Positions 38,837 to 52,708 of a DNA stretch of 64,000 bases are shown piece after piece. A program made the translations under genes and the position numbers. The DNA lies in contig NC_045138.2 of NCBI RefSeq assembly GCF_008831285.2, forward strand, positions 10,850,001 to 10,914,000, in the 5' to 3' direction. Origin of the DNA: Nymphaea colorata (Eukaryota). Position 1 is the stretch's first letter; each line of letters starts with the position of its first letter. The notes below the pieces were generated by a model that was given only the letters and a program-made list of their open reading frames with translations, was not told the origin of the DNA and made no database searches.

Positions 38837-39922
38837 CAATGTGATGACCAACCTTTTTTGTTTATTCCTTTCAATTTTTTTATAAGTACTATTGATTTTG
38901 CTAAAAGATTATTTCAAATCATCTTAAACATTAATACGTATATTTTTAACTTCATTGAAAATTAATGGATTGGTTATGACTTTGGGTCTCTTGGTAGCAT
39001 GTCTCACATTTTTTTTTAAAATTAATCATTGTTCTCTCAAAAGGTTTGGTGTACTTTTGTTGGTTGTAATATAATTATTATTGTAAATATTCTAGGAGGT
39101 CAAGAAAGAATTATTTTATGATAATAAAATATTTCAATGTCAACTTGTGTGAGAGGTAGGAAAATTAAATGTATAGTTATGAAAAAAATAAACTGAGCAC
39201 ATAATCAAGTTGAACTCATGCCTTAGGCCGATTAAGAGGCTCCCTCTAGTTTTTTTAGTTATTTTCTTCTTTTTTGTATCGAATGGATATGTACGAATGT
39301 TTTTCATTTACTTGACATACTCTGTAAGTTAGAATTACCAACTAAAATGGTGGTCATAGGTTAATTTTTCACTTTCTCAAGAATGCCTTCGCAGATATTT
39401 TTTGCTTTTTATATTTGCCAAGATTACAAATCTACATTTAAAAACCTTGTACATGCATTTTAATATGCACATACTCTTACTTTGCCTTCTTTTCAGATAG
39501 CAATAAGTCTGTACATAATTTTATTTGCTTATTGTTTTGTTTTTAATTGGTTAGATACTCAAGTAACCACATGCAGTTTATCCTTGCCAAAGTTTAATAA
39601 TCTTTCACATGGATAAGAAATAGTTGCATGTTTAAAGCATATAGGTCTAGGGCTAATTGACATGAATACCACATAATTGCTGCCGCACTCGTGTCGACAC
39701 ACTGACGTGTGGGTACGGGCACAACAACACACTTGGATATGGTTTAAAAAAGCATATTATTTTTTGCATTTTTCATATTAATTTTAAAGTTTCGCATTTT
39801 TTCATACCAATTATATAAAATGCATTTTTCACTTGTTTCACATTTTCTTACTTGTTTTGTATTAAATTTGCATATTTTTTGTGAAATAGTGTACACACAC
39901 ATGCAAAATTTCTTATGAAGAA

Positions 39923-40365
39923 TGTAAATCTGACCCAAATTAGGCAAATACTTCAAGAATATCACTCTTGAATCTCCCACTAGCTCAACAAGGCAATACA
40001 CAAGAGTCTTCTAACAAGAGGATAAAGAAAATATATTGATCTTCAGCCAAACAAGGCAAAAACTACAAGATGTGGCTTAACAAGCTACGCATTAAAAGGG
40101 GACAACAGTCCCTTATTTATAATACAAGGAAAGAAGAGAGGAGGAGAGGAAATGGCTGTTGGGCCATTTCCAACGGCTAGAATTCTAGCCGTTGGAGAGA
40201 GGCCCAACAACTAGTTCCCCTCTTAAATAATAATAAAGGTGTAAAAAGAAATAGAAAATGCATAAAAGAAAAAGGAAAATTACAAGTATGACCTAGGTAC
40301 CCTAAAATATACACATATCTATATATGTAAGACATATATTAGCACACTAATATATGTAATGTACA

Positions 40366-40409
<44 letters not shown>

Positions 40410-40437
40410 CACTAATATATGTAATGTACATGCATAT

Positions 40438-40470
<33 letters not shown>

Positions 40471-43400
40471 AATACATACATTCTAACATCTCCCCTCAAA
40501 CTTACGGTGAGATAACCGAAAGTTTGCCAAGGAGAAATTGAAACCTCGCAGCAGCAAGAGCCTTGGTAAAGAAATCTCCTAGTTGATATTCAGAGGGAAC
40601 ATAGGAGAGATCTATGTTTTTCTGAAGGAACTCTTCACGAACATAATGACAGTCCATCTCTATATGCTTTGTTCTTTCATGAAATGTGTGATTGCTAGCA
40701 ATATAGATTGCACTTTTGTTGTCGCAGCAAAGCTTGACAGGATTCATGATATGAATTCTCATGTCCTTCAATAAGCTTTTGAGCCACACTATCTCCATTG
40801 TTGTAGTTGCCATCGCACGATACTCAGCTTCTGTTGATGATAGTGACACCTTATGTTGTTTCTTGCATCGTCAGGAAATTAAGGAATCACCTAAAAACAC
40901 ACAAAAACCAGTAGTGGAGTGCCTATTATTGGGATCTACACCCCAATCAGCATCTGTATAAGCAACTAACTCCAATGTAGAAGAGGAAGACAGAAATAAT
41001 CCTTTGTTGATAGTGTTTTTCACATAACGAACAATCCGCATTGCCGCTCCCATGTGCTCTGAGGTGGGTCTTTGTTGAAATTGGCTTATCACATGTACGG
41101 CATGAGAAATGTCAGGTCTGGTGATAGAGAGATAAGAGAGAGCGCCAACTATTTGCCGAAAAGGAGTGGGATTCTCCAATATCTCTCCATCATCAATTTT
41201 CATTTTTACTCCCAATGTTTCTGGAGTATCCACAACTTTGTCATCTGAGATACCTGTTCTGTCAACTAATTCACTGGCAAACTTCATTTGAGAAAGAAGG
41301 TAACCCTGTTTGCTATAAGCAACTTCAATTCCAAGAAAATAAGTTAGTCTTCCCAAATCAGTCATTTGAAAGCATTTGTTAAGAATATGTTTTACCTCTA
41401 TAATCCATTCATCATCACTCCCAGTAATAACCATATCATCAACATACAATAATAAAACAATTACACTTATGGAGGTGGTTTTTACAAACATGGCAGTGTC
41501 AGAATAGCAAGATTGAAAACCTTGATTAAACATGACACTACTAAACTTATCAAACCAGGCCTTGGGAGCTTGTTTTAAACCATAAAGGGCTTTCTTAAGA
41601 CGTAAAACTTTGTTTTGAGGTAGATCAAAACCAAGGGGAGCACTCATGAAAACTTCTTCCTGCAGGTGACCATTTAAGAAAGCATTTTTAACATCCATTT
41701 GAAAAATAGTCTAATGTTTAACAGAAGCAATGGCAATAAGAGTTCTAACAGAAGTCATGCGAGCAACAGGAGCAAAGGTTTCTTCATAATCAATCCTATA
41801 TTCTTGAGCATATCCCTTGGCAACAAGTCTGGCCTTGTATCTTTCTAAGGTTCCATCACTTCTAGTTTTGATTTTATAGATCCATCTACATCAAATAGTC
41901 TTTTTCCCTGTTGGTAAAGGCACAATATCCCAAGTCTCATTGCTTTCAAGAGCTTTAAGTTCAAGATTCATGGCTTCAATCCAATTGGGATCTTCCTTAG
42001 CTTCAAGGTAAGAAGATGACTCATAAAAAGAATGATGTGCCATAAGACAAGCTCGAAATTTTGGAAAAAAAGACTCATAAGAGATAAATCTTTGAGGAGG
42101 TCTAGTGTGCCTTTGGGATCTCCTAGGGAGAGATTGATTAGTTCCTTGATTTTGGGGATCTCTTCTTCTATAAACTAAGATCTCTTTTGGAAGAATCAAA
42201 TGAGTAGAATTGTCATTGTTGACTTCTTCAATTGGCACTTCTACAACTTTATCGGGTTCATTATCATCAATATCATCATCATCATCAATATCATTAGTCC
42301 AAAGAAAAGTTCTAGTTTCTAGTTTCTTGGGTTCATCTTTAAAACCATCTTCATTTTCTAGAAAGATCACATTTCTAGAAACATAAACTTTATCTCTTTC
42401 AATATCATAACATCTATAACCCTCTTGAGTTTCAGAATACCCAATAAAAACACAAGAAATGGCTTTGGAAGAAAGTTTATCATCTTTGTCACTTAACACA
42501 AAACATTTGCAATCAAAGTCTTTAAGTCTATTGTAATTAGGTTTAACATGATGAAGTTTTTCAAAAGGAGAAATATGTTTCAAAAGTTTGGTATATTAAT
42601 TAAATAGGTTGAAGTCAAAACAGCCTCAGCCCAAAAATTTTTGAGAACATTTTTAGATAAAAGAAGGGCTCTAGTAGTTTCAATAATGTGCCTATGTTTA
42701 CGCTCGACCACTCCGTTTTGTTGTGGAGTGTTAGGACAAGATCTTTGATGAACAATGCCTTTTTCTTTCAGAAATTTTTGAAATTCATTTGACATAAATT
42801 CTCCTCCCGAATCACTTCTAAAGACTTTGATGTTTGAGCCAAATTGGGTATAGATCATGTTGTAGAAATTCTTAAAGTTTATGAAAACCTCCGATTTGTG
42901 TTTGAGAAAGTAAACCCAAGTATGCCGAGAATAATCATCAATAAAAATCACATAGTACAATAATACTCCTTTCGACATAATAGGAGCGGGCCCCCACACA
43001 TCCGAATGCACTAAATCAAAAGATTTTTGGGCAATAAAGTTTCTATTATCAAAAGGTAAGACTTTCATTTTAGCCTTGATACAATCATTACAACAAAAGT
43101 TCTTTTGACAAAAATTCTCCATGAAAGGAAGATGAGACATTTTTTCTATATTGGTATGTCCAAGTCTTTGATGCCAAGTTTGAATGTCACATTCTTTAGA
43201 GATATTGCAAGATGGTCTTGAAAGGTCCAAAAAATCTATGTAGTAGAGATCTTTTGTTTTAAAACATTCCCCAATCGTCTTTTTGGATACTCGGTCTTGT
43301 ATCAAACATTTGGATTGTGAGAAGATTATATCAAAACCAAGGTCGGTTATTTGAGAAACGGACAATAAATTTAAGCTTAATTTAGGAATGTGTCTTACTT

Positions 43401-45364
43401 GAGGTACTTTTAAAGTTTTCGATCCAAAATCTAGGTCAAGATTTCCAATAAAATCAATTTCAAGAGAAGTACCATTCGCCGTTTTCACAAAAGAATAAGA
43501 ATCATTTTTAGTGCATTCGGTGAGAAGGGATCCACAAGGCGTCATATGAAAAGATGCACCCGAATCAATAATCCAAGAATACTTACTTGAAGAAGTAGAT
43601 GCCACGGTAGCTCCCAAAGTTGAAGGTGTGCCTCCTCCCTTTAGAAACGGTTGAAGAGCACTTATGAGTTGATCAAGTTGGAATGAACTTGCTTCTTTTC
43701 TTTCTTCTTGGATTAGAGCCGCAACATTGCTTCTTTTGTCAAAAGTTCTAAGTTTTGGACATCTTGGCTTGGTATGTCATTGTTCTTGACAATGATAGCA
43801 AATAACTTTTCTTCTTGCTCCTTCATTTGTACGATTGAAGAGAGGAGGTCTATAAGGTCTCAAATGGGCCCCCGGCCTAGATGTGGCAAACACATTGTTG
43901 ACTTTCTCTTTATCAAGACAAAGACGATTTTCCTCCATTTGAAGCTCCGCAATAGTCTCATTCATAGATGGTGTTTTAGAACGATGAAGTAAAGCGATTT
44001 TGACACCATCAAATTCCGGTCTAAGACCTATGATAAACTTGTAAAACTTGTCACGTTGTATTTGCTTTTCTCTAAGAATAAGATCTTGTGTCCAATGTGG
44101 TTCAAAAATACTCAATTCATCATACAATTGATCCATTCCAACCACATAATCTTTAATTGGTCTATCTCCTTGTTGAAGATTGTGAATTTTGAGTTGAACA
44201 TGATGCATATAAGCAACATCTCTCATGGTATGAGTTTTCTTTAGATATTCTCAAGCTTTTAGGGCAAAATTTAATTTAGAGATTTGCCCGCTAGTAACAT
44301 TGTCAACACAAGTCAAGATCCAAGTAATGATTTTGTGATGACCAACACTCCATTCTTCTCATTTCTTGTTGTATTCAGCCATTACCTTTTCTTTTTCAGT
44401 TGCATCCAATTCCATAGCCCTTCCATCAACAATTTTCGTAAGGACTAGTTGTGGTTCAAGTTTTGTCCCATCAACTAGTTCCCAAAGGCTTTTACTACGA
44501 ATAAAGTGTTCTATAGTTCTAGCCCATTGTATGTAATTCGTTGATGAGAGTTTGGGAAATGGAAGAGAAGAGACTGTCATCCATGGGCACAATCAACAAG
44601 GTATATCCACTTACAAGTTATGAAGAAGATGGCAGCCACGTGAAAAGAAGTCCACGACAAGGATAAAAACTTCGCAACAATAGAAACCAGTCGCCCTTCC
44701 AACAGCCACGAGCTCACCACCAAGGGAACTAAATTCCGTCAAGAAATCACCAAAAAGAAGCCAGCAAAAACACTCTTCTTCTTGTGAAAAATAGCAGCAA
44801 GCAATATCTCGAACACTTGGAGTGCTTCACAGCTCCAACGTAGGAGTAAAAACTGAACCTTCAATCTTGAACGGCAGCAAGACAAAGAGCCAAAGACGTG
44901 GCTCTGATACCATGTAAATCAGGCCCAAATTAGGCAAATACTTCAAGAATATCACTCTTGAATCTCCCACTAGCTCAACAAGGCAATACACAAGAGTCCT
45001 CTAACAAGAGGATAAAGAAAATATATTGATCTTCAGCCAAACAAAGCAAAAACTACAAGATGTGGCTTAACAAGCCATGCATTAAAAGGGGACAACTGTC
45101 CCTTATTTATAATACAAGGGAAGAAGAGAGGAGGAGAGGAAATGGCTGTTGGGCCATTTCCAACTGCTAGAATTCTAGCCGTTGGAGAGAGGCCCAACAG
45201 CTATTTCCTCTCTTAACTAATAATAAAGGTGTAAAAAGGAAATAGAAAAATACATAAAAGAAAATGAAAAATTACAAGTATGACCTAGGTACCCTAAAAT
45301 ATACACATATCTATCTATGTAAGACATATATTAGCACACTAATATATGTAATATACATGCACAT

Positions 45365-45433
<69 letters not shown>

Positions 45434-45451
45434 AATACATACATTCTAACA
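39923..45451 (-). mobile_element. Ty1/copia LTR retrotransposon (Ale-like), same family as copy A, full length with stops; copy B
   Basis: LTRs at 44913-45451 (5') and 39923-40488 (3'), PBS (GCTCTGATACCA on +) at 44901-44912, PPT at 40489-40500, perfect TSD AAGAA/AAGAA. ORF pieces 44592-44359, 44226-43777, 43617-42580, 42583-41891, 41698-40871 and 40849-40502 are colinear with copy A. Confidence 0.97.
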
Positions 45452-48400
45452 AAGAAACCATGCATTCTTGATGGAAAAGGATATAATCCCCTTTGTTCCA
45501 ATGAATTAAGGAAGAGATCCATCCTGTTAGTACAAGGATTGATAGTTCTGAGCACCATAACTAGAGGTAGTCAAAACTTCCAAAACAACAATGCTTAATG
45601 CTTGGATGTTCTAAATGTTAGACTTCAACCCTAGAGAACAACATATAATGTATGCATAGATGGACCTAACATTTGAACTAGAAATTGGATTTGAAAAACT
45701 AGAGCAACAGTCAAGGCATCAACATGTCGAGGAAGACTAGAATGTCCTGGCTATCATTGGGTCATGACATGCAACCTAGAACTACATTATGTATGCATTT
45801 TTTTGAAAATGAAATTGAACATCATATTTAGAACATAAAAAATGAGATTGATTTTGAAAAGGAGTTTCAAATCAAGGTTTGAGAGATGATTTGGAACATA
45901 GTTTAAAACACCATGAAGAAAGTTGAATGAGGCGTTGGGTTCCATGTGGAAATATGACTGGTTTTATTGTTAACATGCAAGGACTATCATCTCATAGTAT
46001 GTTACGAACCAGCCATAGCTCCTATGTGAATCCCAAACATTGGAATATATTTTGGACATGGAATAAAACTTGGATTATGGTGTGAAAGCCAAGTATGAAA
46101 AGAGATTTAGAAGATAGAATTTACAGAATGATTCTGGAATAGCACTTGAAATGATGTTTGGAAACTAGATTGAAAATGTGTTTGGAAAAGGATTGAACAA
46201 TTAAGATGCTAGTTGTAAAGAGTATTCTAAAAGATACCGAGGTGTTTGATGTTGTATGTATAGGAAGACTCATCTAAGTATGCAAATAGTGTCGAGCCAA
46301 CATTGGTTTATAAGAGGATAATGTCCATGTGTAGTGGCATTCATATTGACCAACACATGAAAAGATGAAAAAATTAAAGTGTGCACATGCATGATAAACC
46401 ATTTTTGTATTATTATAATATGGAAAACAAACTATATACAATGCATTCTAATCTAAAATATATCGCAACAAGGAAATCAAAATCACGATGGTTAGGCATG
46501 TGTGCATCTCAGGATCAATTAACAATGTAGGAACATCATTCGGAGGTCACCATATCTCACATACAGAGAATTCATAATGACTTGCTATGAAACTACGTAA
46601 AATGTGTAGATAAAGAATGCTAAGGGACAAAACATAACACAATATGAATGAGATGAGACATGACACAGTAAAATCATGATTTTCATGGTTGACATAACAC
46701 ATTCTACTTATATGTTACATTCCAGAACATCTCTAGAACATGCAAACTTGAGGTTTTGAAAATGATTGAAAAGACACATGTAAAAAGCTTAGATTTTCAT
46801 GAAAATTGAAATCAATTTTCCTTTGGCATGTAAAAACAATGTCCAAATGTTAGATTGGGGTTAGACAATCTATATTAGAAGCTAAGGTATGACCCAACCC
46901 ACTGAAATTTGAACATTTTAAAAGGTAGAACCTCTAATATATAATTTGGCACCTAAGTTAGATGCTTAAGATTCTAATCTCATAGCCGATAGATCATAAT
47001 TGCTGAAGTAAATGTAGTGAACAGCTAAAGGAAAGAGTATTACGAGATCCACAACTAATTATGAAGGCAAGTCCCTACTGTACGAGCTTCTGTCTCAAAA
47101 CACTACAGGTTTTCATACTTTAAGCAGCACTTATTTTTCCTAACTTTGAGGAGTACGTCTTTTTGTCTATGTTGAAGCCACTAGGACAACCCACGAGAAG
47201 CTTGGTTGGAGTATTGAAAGTCGAAAGCAAGAATTCCAGATGTAAACGACCTTAACTCTGCACCATCTTATGTCTGTCACAATGACATCAGTAATAGAGC
47301 AAAGAAAGGCATGTTGCTGCAACAACTATATCCATAACAATAAAGTGCATGCAGAATATATTATCAGGAACTAAATTAGGTGATGTGAACCATTTTTCTT
47401 GGAAAGGAAGAAAGTGAGGTAGAGAAACTAGAAAAGTTCTTACCTAGTTCTTATGAATAACTAGTGAACTGGATACACCTCACATAAAATTTCTCCTCGA
47501 AACGTGGTCAAATCAATCTAAAAATATGAAGATGTCAACTATAGAATTCAATCGTTCAAACTTCTTCTTATATGTGTTTTAGATAAGCATATTGAAGCTT
47601 GATGTTGTGAGAGATAGAAGGGGAAACAAATCATGTGCAAACTGACAATATAAATGCTAGATGGAGCTACGATACCAATGAATCCATCACTAAGTCCTCC
47701 ATTATTCAAGATGATGCTAGTTATACTCTTGCCAAATAGCCTCCTATCATTTTCATGTAGGTAAAATTTTTTCATATAGCACATAGAACCTGTCATGTAT
47801 TTCACAAAGTAAACAAGAAATTTAGGGCTAGAAAACATGGACTCATCAAACAACACAATGACAAAGATGAATCTCATAGTAGACTCTAATTTAATTAAAT
47901 ATAGTGTAATCAACATCTAGATATAAATTTGCACTTACAACTACATTGCAACAGTTTCTGCTCCACTATTTTAGCCTTTTGTGCTCTAGCTTTTGTATAT
48001 TTCCTTTATAGCTCAGAAAAGACACATTCAACTACTATAAGAAGTACAAGCAATTGTTGCACATAGGATCTCCTAGAAGGATAAAGTTAAGCACAACTAT
48101 TTTATAATGCTAATACTAATGTATTTACCGATCGTTTTAAGTGTTTGAAAACACATACTAGTTAAGGCCATCCAATATGAGTATTGTCCTTGATATAAAT
48201 GTGATCTTGGATAAAGAAGTTAGGGACTTGCCCAGGTTTTGGAATGACATTTTCTTGTGATTTTAACATTATTTAAGATAGAAAAGCATAATTGGAAAAA
48301 CATCTAGAAAAAGAAAACTTTGAAAGTAGGCCGATTTCCTATCCTAGACCAAGTAGTTGTGAACTTTCACAGGCTTCAAGAAACAAAAGAAAGCCATATT

Positions 48401-49830
48401 TCATAATCACATGCACTATTTGAGCTTCTCCTCCCAAAATCTAGAAAATTCTAAGGACTGATCATAGGCTCTAAACAAGTGAAAATATAAGTTACGTTTT
48501 AGGAAAAGAAGCGGACTTCAGTGCACCACATAGAGTACCCATGTGATAGATAACTTGTGTATAGATCAAAATTTCAACCACTTTAGTGAGCTAGAAAATA
48601 ACTAATCACCCTGGAGCATGAAAACTTTCAATGTATCATGCAAAATAGGAATGACACCACTAACCTACAATGCACTAAAAAGAAAGATCGAAGAAACAGA
48701 AAATTGGCTAAGCGAGCATGCTTTGCACATTTATAAATATCAATGGTAGAAATAGATTTCGAAGCAAACAACACAGAAACTAATGCACCTTACCATGCTA
48801 CTATGTAAAAATGGACATGGTGGAGAAGTAAAAAACAAGTGATGTAATAGACGTGTAACTGATGAAAACTAAGTCCTAATGCTTAATAGCACCTAAAAGT
48901 CAAAGTTTTCTCTTGTAATTGCTTTCCTCTTGAGCATAGGGCATTTAGAATATCTTGAGATGCATACCAGAGTCAAAAACATAGAAATGAATAAGTTAAA
49001 ACTGATGACATTGCCAACATGTATCTATTTTTTATCGTAAAAAATGGACTTGCATTTGCTTCCTTAGCAATCCCTAACATTGTTTAGTGCTAGCATTTTC
49101 CTAGAAGCTTTCTAAGGATAGACATAGAGGAAATAGTAGGATGATGGATTCAATTAAGGAGGATATATACCAGTAATCAATGCAAATTGAAGAAGGATGT
49201 GAGTGTAGAAGCTACTTTTGCAGTCAGGCTTTTTCATGTTCTAATCAAATCACGCCTTTCTTTAAAAATGCAGAAACTTTAAATTATCAGACAAAAAAAT
49301 CTAGAATTAGTTGAACTGAATCAAAAGATTTGAATCAAAATAGTGACCCAAACCTTTAAACCAGACATGGAGGTTGAAGGCACTAGTGATCATAAATCAG
49401 AAGTGAAATGTTGGAAAAGAGAAAAGGGGAAACATAGAGAGAAAGTAATAGATAAATAGAAGAAGAAAAAGAAGAATAGTACTACCAATGATAAGGATGC
49501 ATACCCACAATATCTGCAATAGGAGATGAATGGATCGAAGTATGTGTTTTGTCCTCTCCAGCATTTTCCCCTTTCTCTCTCTCCCTTACCTCTTTCCTTT
49601 TCTTACATTCGCTGCTTCCTCCCTCTCTATCCTTACTTTTTAGGGTATTGTGAGTGTACCAATCTTTGTCTTCCTCCCTCTCTCTTCTTAGACTCTACAC
49701 TAATAAAAAAATGTCCATGTAAAAAATTCACCCATGACCTTGTAGGAAGAGGACTATCCAATGCTCGCACAAAAAAAGGCAAAAGTAGGGAACTCTTGTT
49801 TGGTGCGACTAATGCCCTAAGCAACCGGGA
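45452..49830. mobile_element. Probable highly degenerate LTR-retrotransposon-derived sequence (non-coding)
   Basis: Repetitive TTTGGAAAA/GATTGAAAA-rich composition and a PBS-like ACTCTGCACCA at ~47255. No protein domains recognised; boundaries are guesses. Confidence 0.25.
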
Positions 49831-50055
49831 GTAACATATATTATTTTAGTGGATATAAATCATGGATTTGGTCAATCAAGACTCCAAGATGGATAATTAA
49901 GTGGCATATATGAGAGAATAAATTAAAATCCATAGAAACTCATAAATGTATACAACTTAACTTCCTAAATTTCCTTTTTTCACTTTTTCCAAAACTATTG
50001 GTTAGGATTTTCTGCCATCATAAGCTTTCCAAAACTATAGAGATCCATAATCCAC

Positions 50056-50221
50056 TTCTCTCTCTCTCTTTCTTTCTCTTTCTCTTTCTCTTTCTCTCTC
50101 TCTCTTTCTCTTTCTCTTTCTCTCTCTCTTTCTCTCTCTCTTGCTCTCATTCTCTCTCTCTCTCTCTCTCTTGCTCTCATTCTCTCTCTCTCTCTCTTGC
50201 TCTCATTCTCTCTCTCTCTCT
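50056..50221. repeat. Complex (CT)n / CTCTTT / CTTGCTCTCATT microsatellite
   Basis: Directly visible. Confidence 0.9.
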
Positions 50222-51103
50222 TGCCATCGTCCTCTTCTCTATAGCAGTACTTGTGTTGTTCAGAGTTACAGAGTACTTTTTGGTGTTCTACTCCTTTAAA
50301 AAGCAAGAGCAGTTTTAACAACACGTTGACATTCTGCTCTTTCAGAGAACATCCCCAACAAGACACATTGCAGCCATCCAGACTTGCAGAGAGATTAAAG
50401 AACCCCTTCAAGCACTCATAGATACACAAAGAAAAGTTTTTTTTTCTCTACCCTTTACTTCCATACGTCAATATGTTTTCTTCTCATCAAATTTATTGTT
50501 CATGTTTAAAGAAAAATAAAAGAGAAATAGCTCTATGCCCATCAAATTTTCTTGATCGCTTGGTTAATTTTTTGTGTTAGATATGGAAGGGTGCAATCCA
50601 AAGATGCCCAGAAATATTTTATACTGTACTCACTTGTGATATGGTTGATTTGGAAAAATATTGTGTTTGGGATGATAAAATATGCATAAATGAAACCGTG
50701 TAACATGGGTTTAATTTGCTAGTGATTAGATAAGAATTTGGGAACTATGATCACAATATGGATCAAATTATTTTTCAATTTGATTGATTTGATGGAGGGC
50801 AATGCAATCATATGAACTATGGAGTGTGATCAAGCTATGAGAGGATAAGTTAAGTACCAGAGACAAAGTAATTAATAATGGCTCTTGTGTGTTTGTGCAC
50901 ATTGCACGTCGACTAAGGATGTGTAAAAATCATATCTACAACAACTAAATTTTGTTTGTTTAAGCCTGCATATTTCAAGCATAATTTAGTTAATTTACGG
51001 CATGGCATTTGTGTCAACTAAACATGTTATTTATTTCTTGCTACTGTTTGATTTCTCAGAAATGTCTTAAAAATTAATGACTATTGATGTGACATTAGAC
51101 AAT

Positions 51104-52645
51104 GAACGTTGTCATATATTTTGATTGGTGTCATTAAATTTGTTTCCAATTGCATAAGTTTTGTCCATTTTCACAGTCATCTAAAAATGCATACAACCTA
51201 GATATTCATGATATCTTAGGTGGTATTGGATGGAGAGAACCCAATCAAAAGCTACCTCTGCCACCATCTGATCTTCCCAAATCTCGACAACGGATGACTG
51301 ATAGTTAATTATTATTGATGCTCACAACGTTCTGGTATGTTCGACAGATTTACAAGTGTCTTCTTGGATGTTATTGCTAACTCTCATCTGTATATTATTT
51401 TTTGATAAATTTATTTTATCTACTCATATGAATTAATATGTAATTCATAGTCTTAATCTGCTTGTCTGGAATGTGATCATATGAGACCATAATTTAATTC
51501 ATGTATGGTGTTCTATTGGAATGATAGGATGCCCAATAAGCTTACCACCGATTATGGTAGAAAGCTCCAATCTTGCTTACCTTGAGTCAAGAGGGAGTGC
51601 CCACGAACCTCCTCCACAATTAACATTGCAATATATTGGATTGGTATCATTACATTCATTTTCAATGATATAAGCTAGATCCATGTTCATGGCCATCTGG
51701 AAATGCATAAAGCTAGCTATCCATGATGTCTTGGGGTGGTACTAGATGAAATGACCCAATCAAAAGCTACCTCTACCACCATATGATCTTCTCAAATCTT
51801 GACATGCAGATGACTGATAGTTATTAATTATTGATGTGTACAATGTTATAGTATGTGCTACATATTTACAAGTGTCTTTTTGGATGTTATTGCTAAGTCT
51901 TGTCTATATTTTTCAACAAGTTTATATTATCTACTTGTATGAAATAATATGTGCTTCTTAGTCTTAATTAGTTTGTCTGGAATATGATTTTGTTTGGATA
52001 TGATTTAATTTGTGTATGTTGTTCTCCTAGAACGATAGAATACCTAATAATCTTACCATCGATCATGGCAAAAAGCTCCAATGTTGCTAACCTTGATCAA
52101 GAGGGGATGCCCAAGAACCTACTCAACAATTAACATTGTCATATGTTTGATTGGTGTTCTTTAAATTTGTTTTCAATGACATAAGCTAAGTCCATGTTCA
52201 TGGCCATTTAGAAGTGCATACAAGCTAGCTATTCACAAAGTCTTGGGTGGTACTAGATGGAGAGAACCCAATCAAAAGCTACATCTGTCACCATCTGATC
52301 TTCCCAAATCTTTACATATGTATGATTGATAGTTAATAAAATTATTGATGCTTATAATGTTTTGGTATGTTCCACATATTTACAAGTATCTTCTGAATGT
52401 TATTGTTAATTCTCATCCGTCTATTATTTTCCATAAGTTTATTATCTACTACTATGGAATAGTATGTGCTTCTTGGTTAGTCTTAACCTGCTTGTCTGAG
52501 ATATGTCCTTAGTTGGCCATAATTTAATTTGTCTATCTTGCTCTATTAGAATGATAGGATACCAATAATCTTACCATCGATCATGGTAGAAAGCTCCAAT
52601 TTTGTTAATCTTGAGTCAAGAGGGGATGCCCAAGAAACCTCCTTA
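51104..52645 (+). repeat. Three diverged tandem copies of a ~515-bp unit upstream of the hAT transposase
   Basis: Units start near 51104, 51621 and 52131. Each contains CCCAATCAAAAGCTAC...TTTACAAGT(G/A)TC...CTTACCA(C/T)CGAT(T/C)ATGG..AAAGCTCCAAT...CAAGAGGG. Confidence 0.9.
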
Positions 52646-52668
52646 ATTGGTAAGGTAGAGTTATATAC

Positions 52669-52708
<40 letters not shown>

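Noticed and set aside
29989..45451. The two copia copies as an assembly artefact or segmental inverted duplication
   Set aside because: They have different TSDs and flanks, many copy-specific substitutions and indels, and similarity stops exactly at the LTR ends.
49995..50429. RE-rich and SL-rich ORFs on both strands
   Set aside because: They are translations of a CT/AG microsatellite with no domain or splice support.
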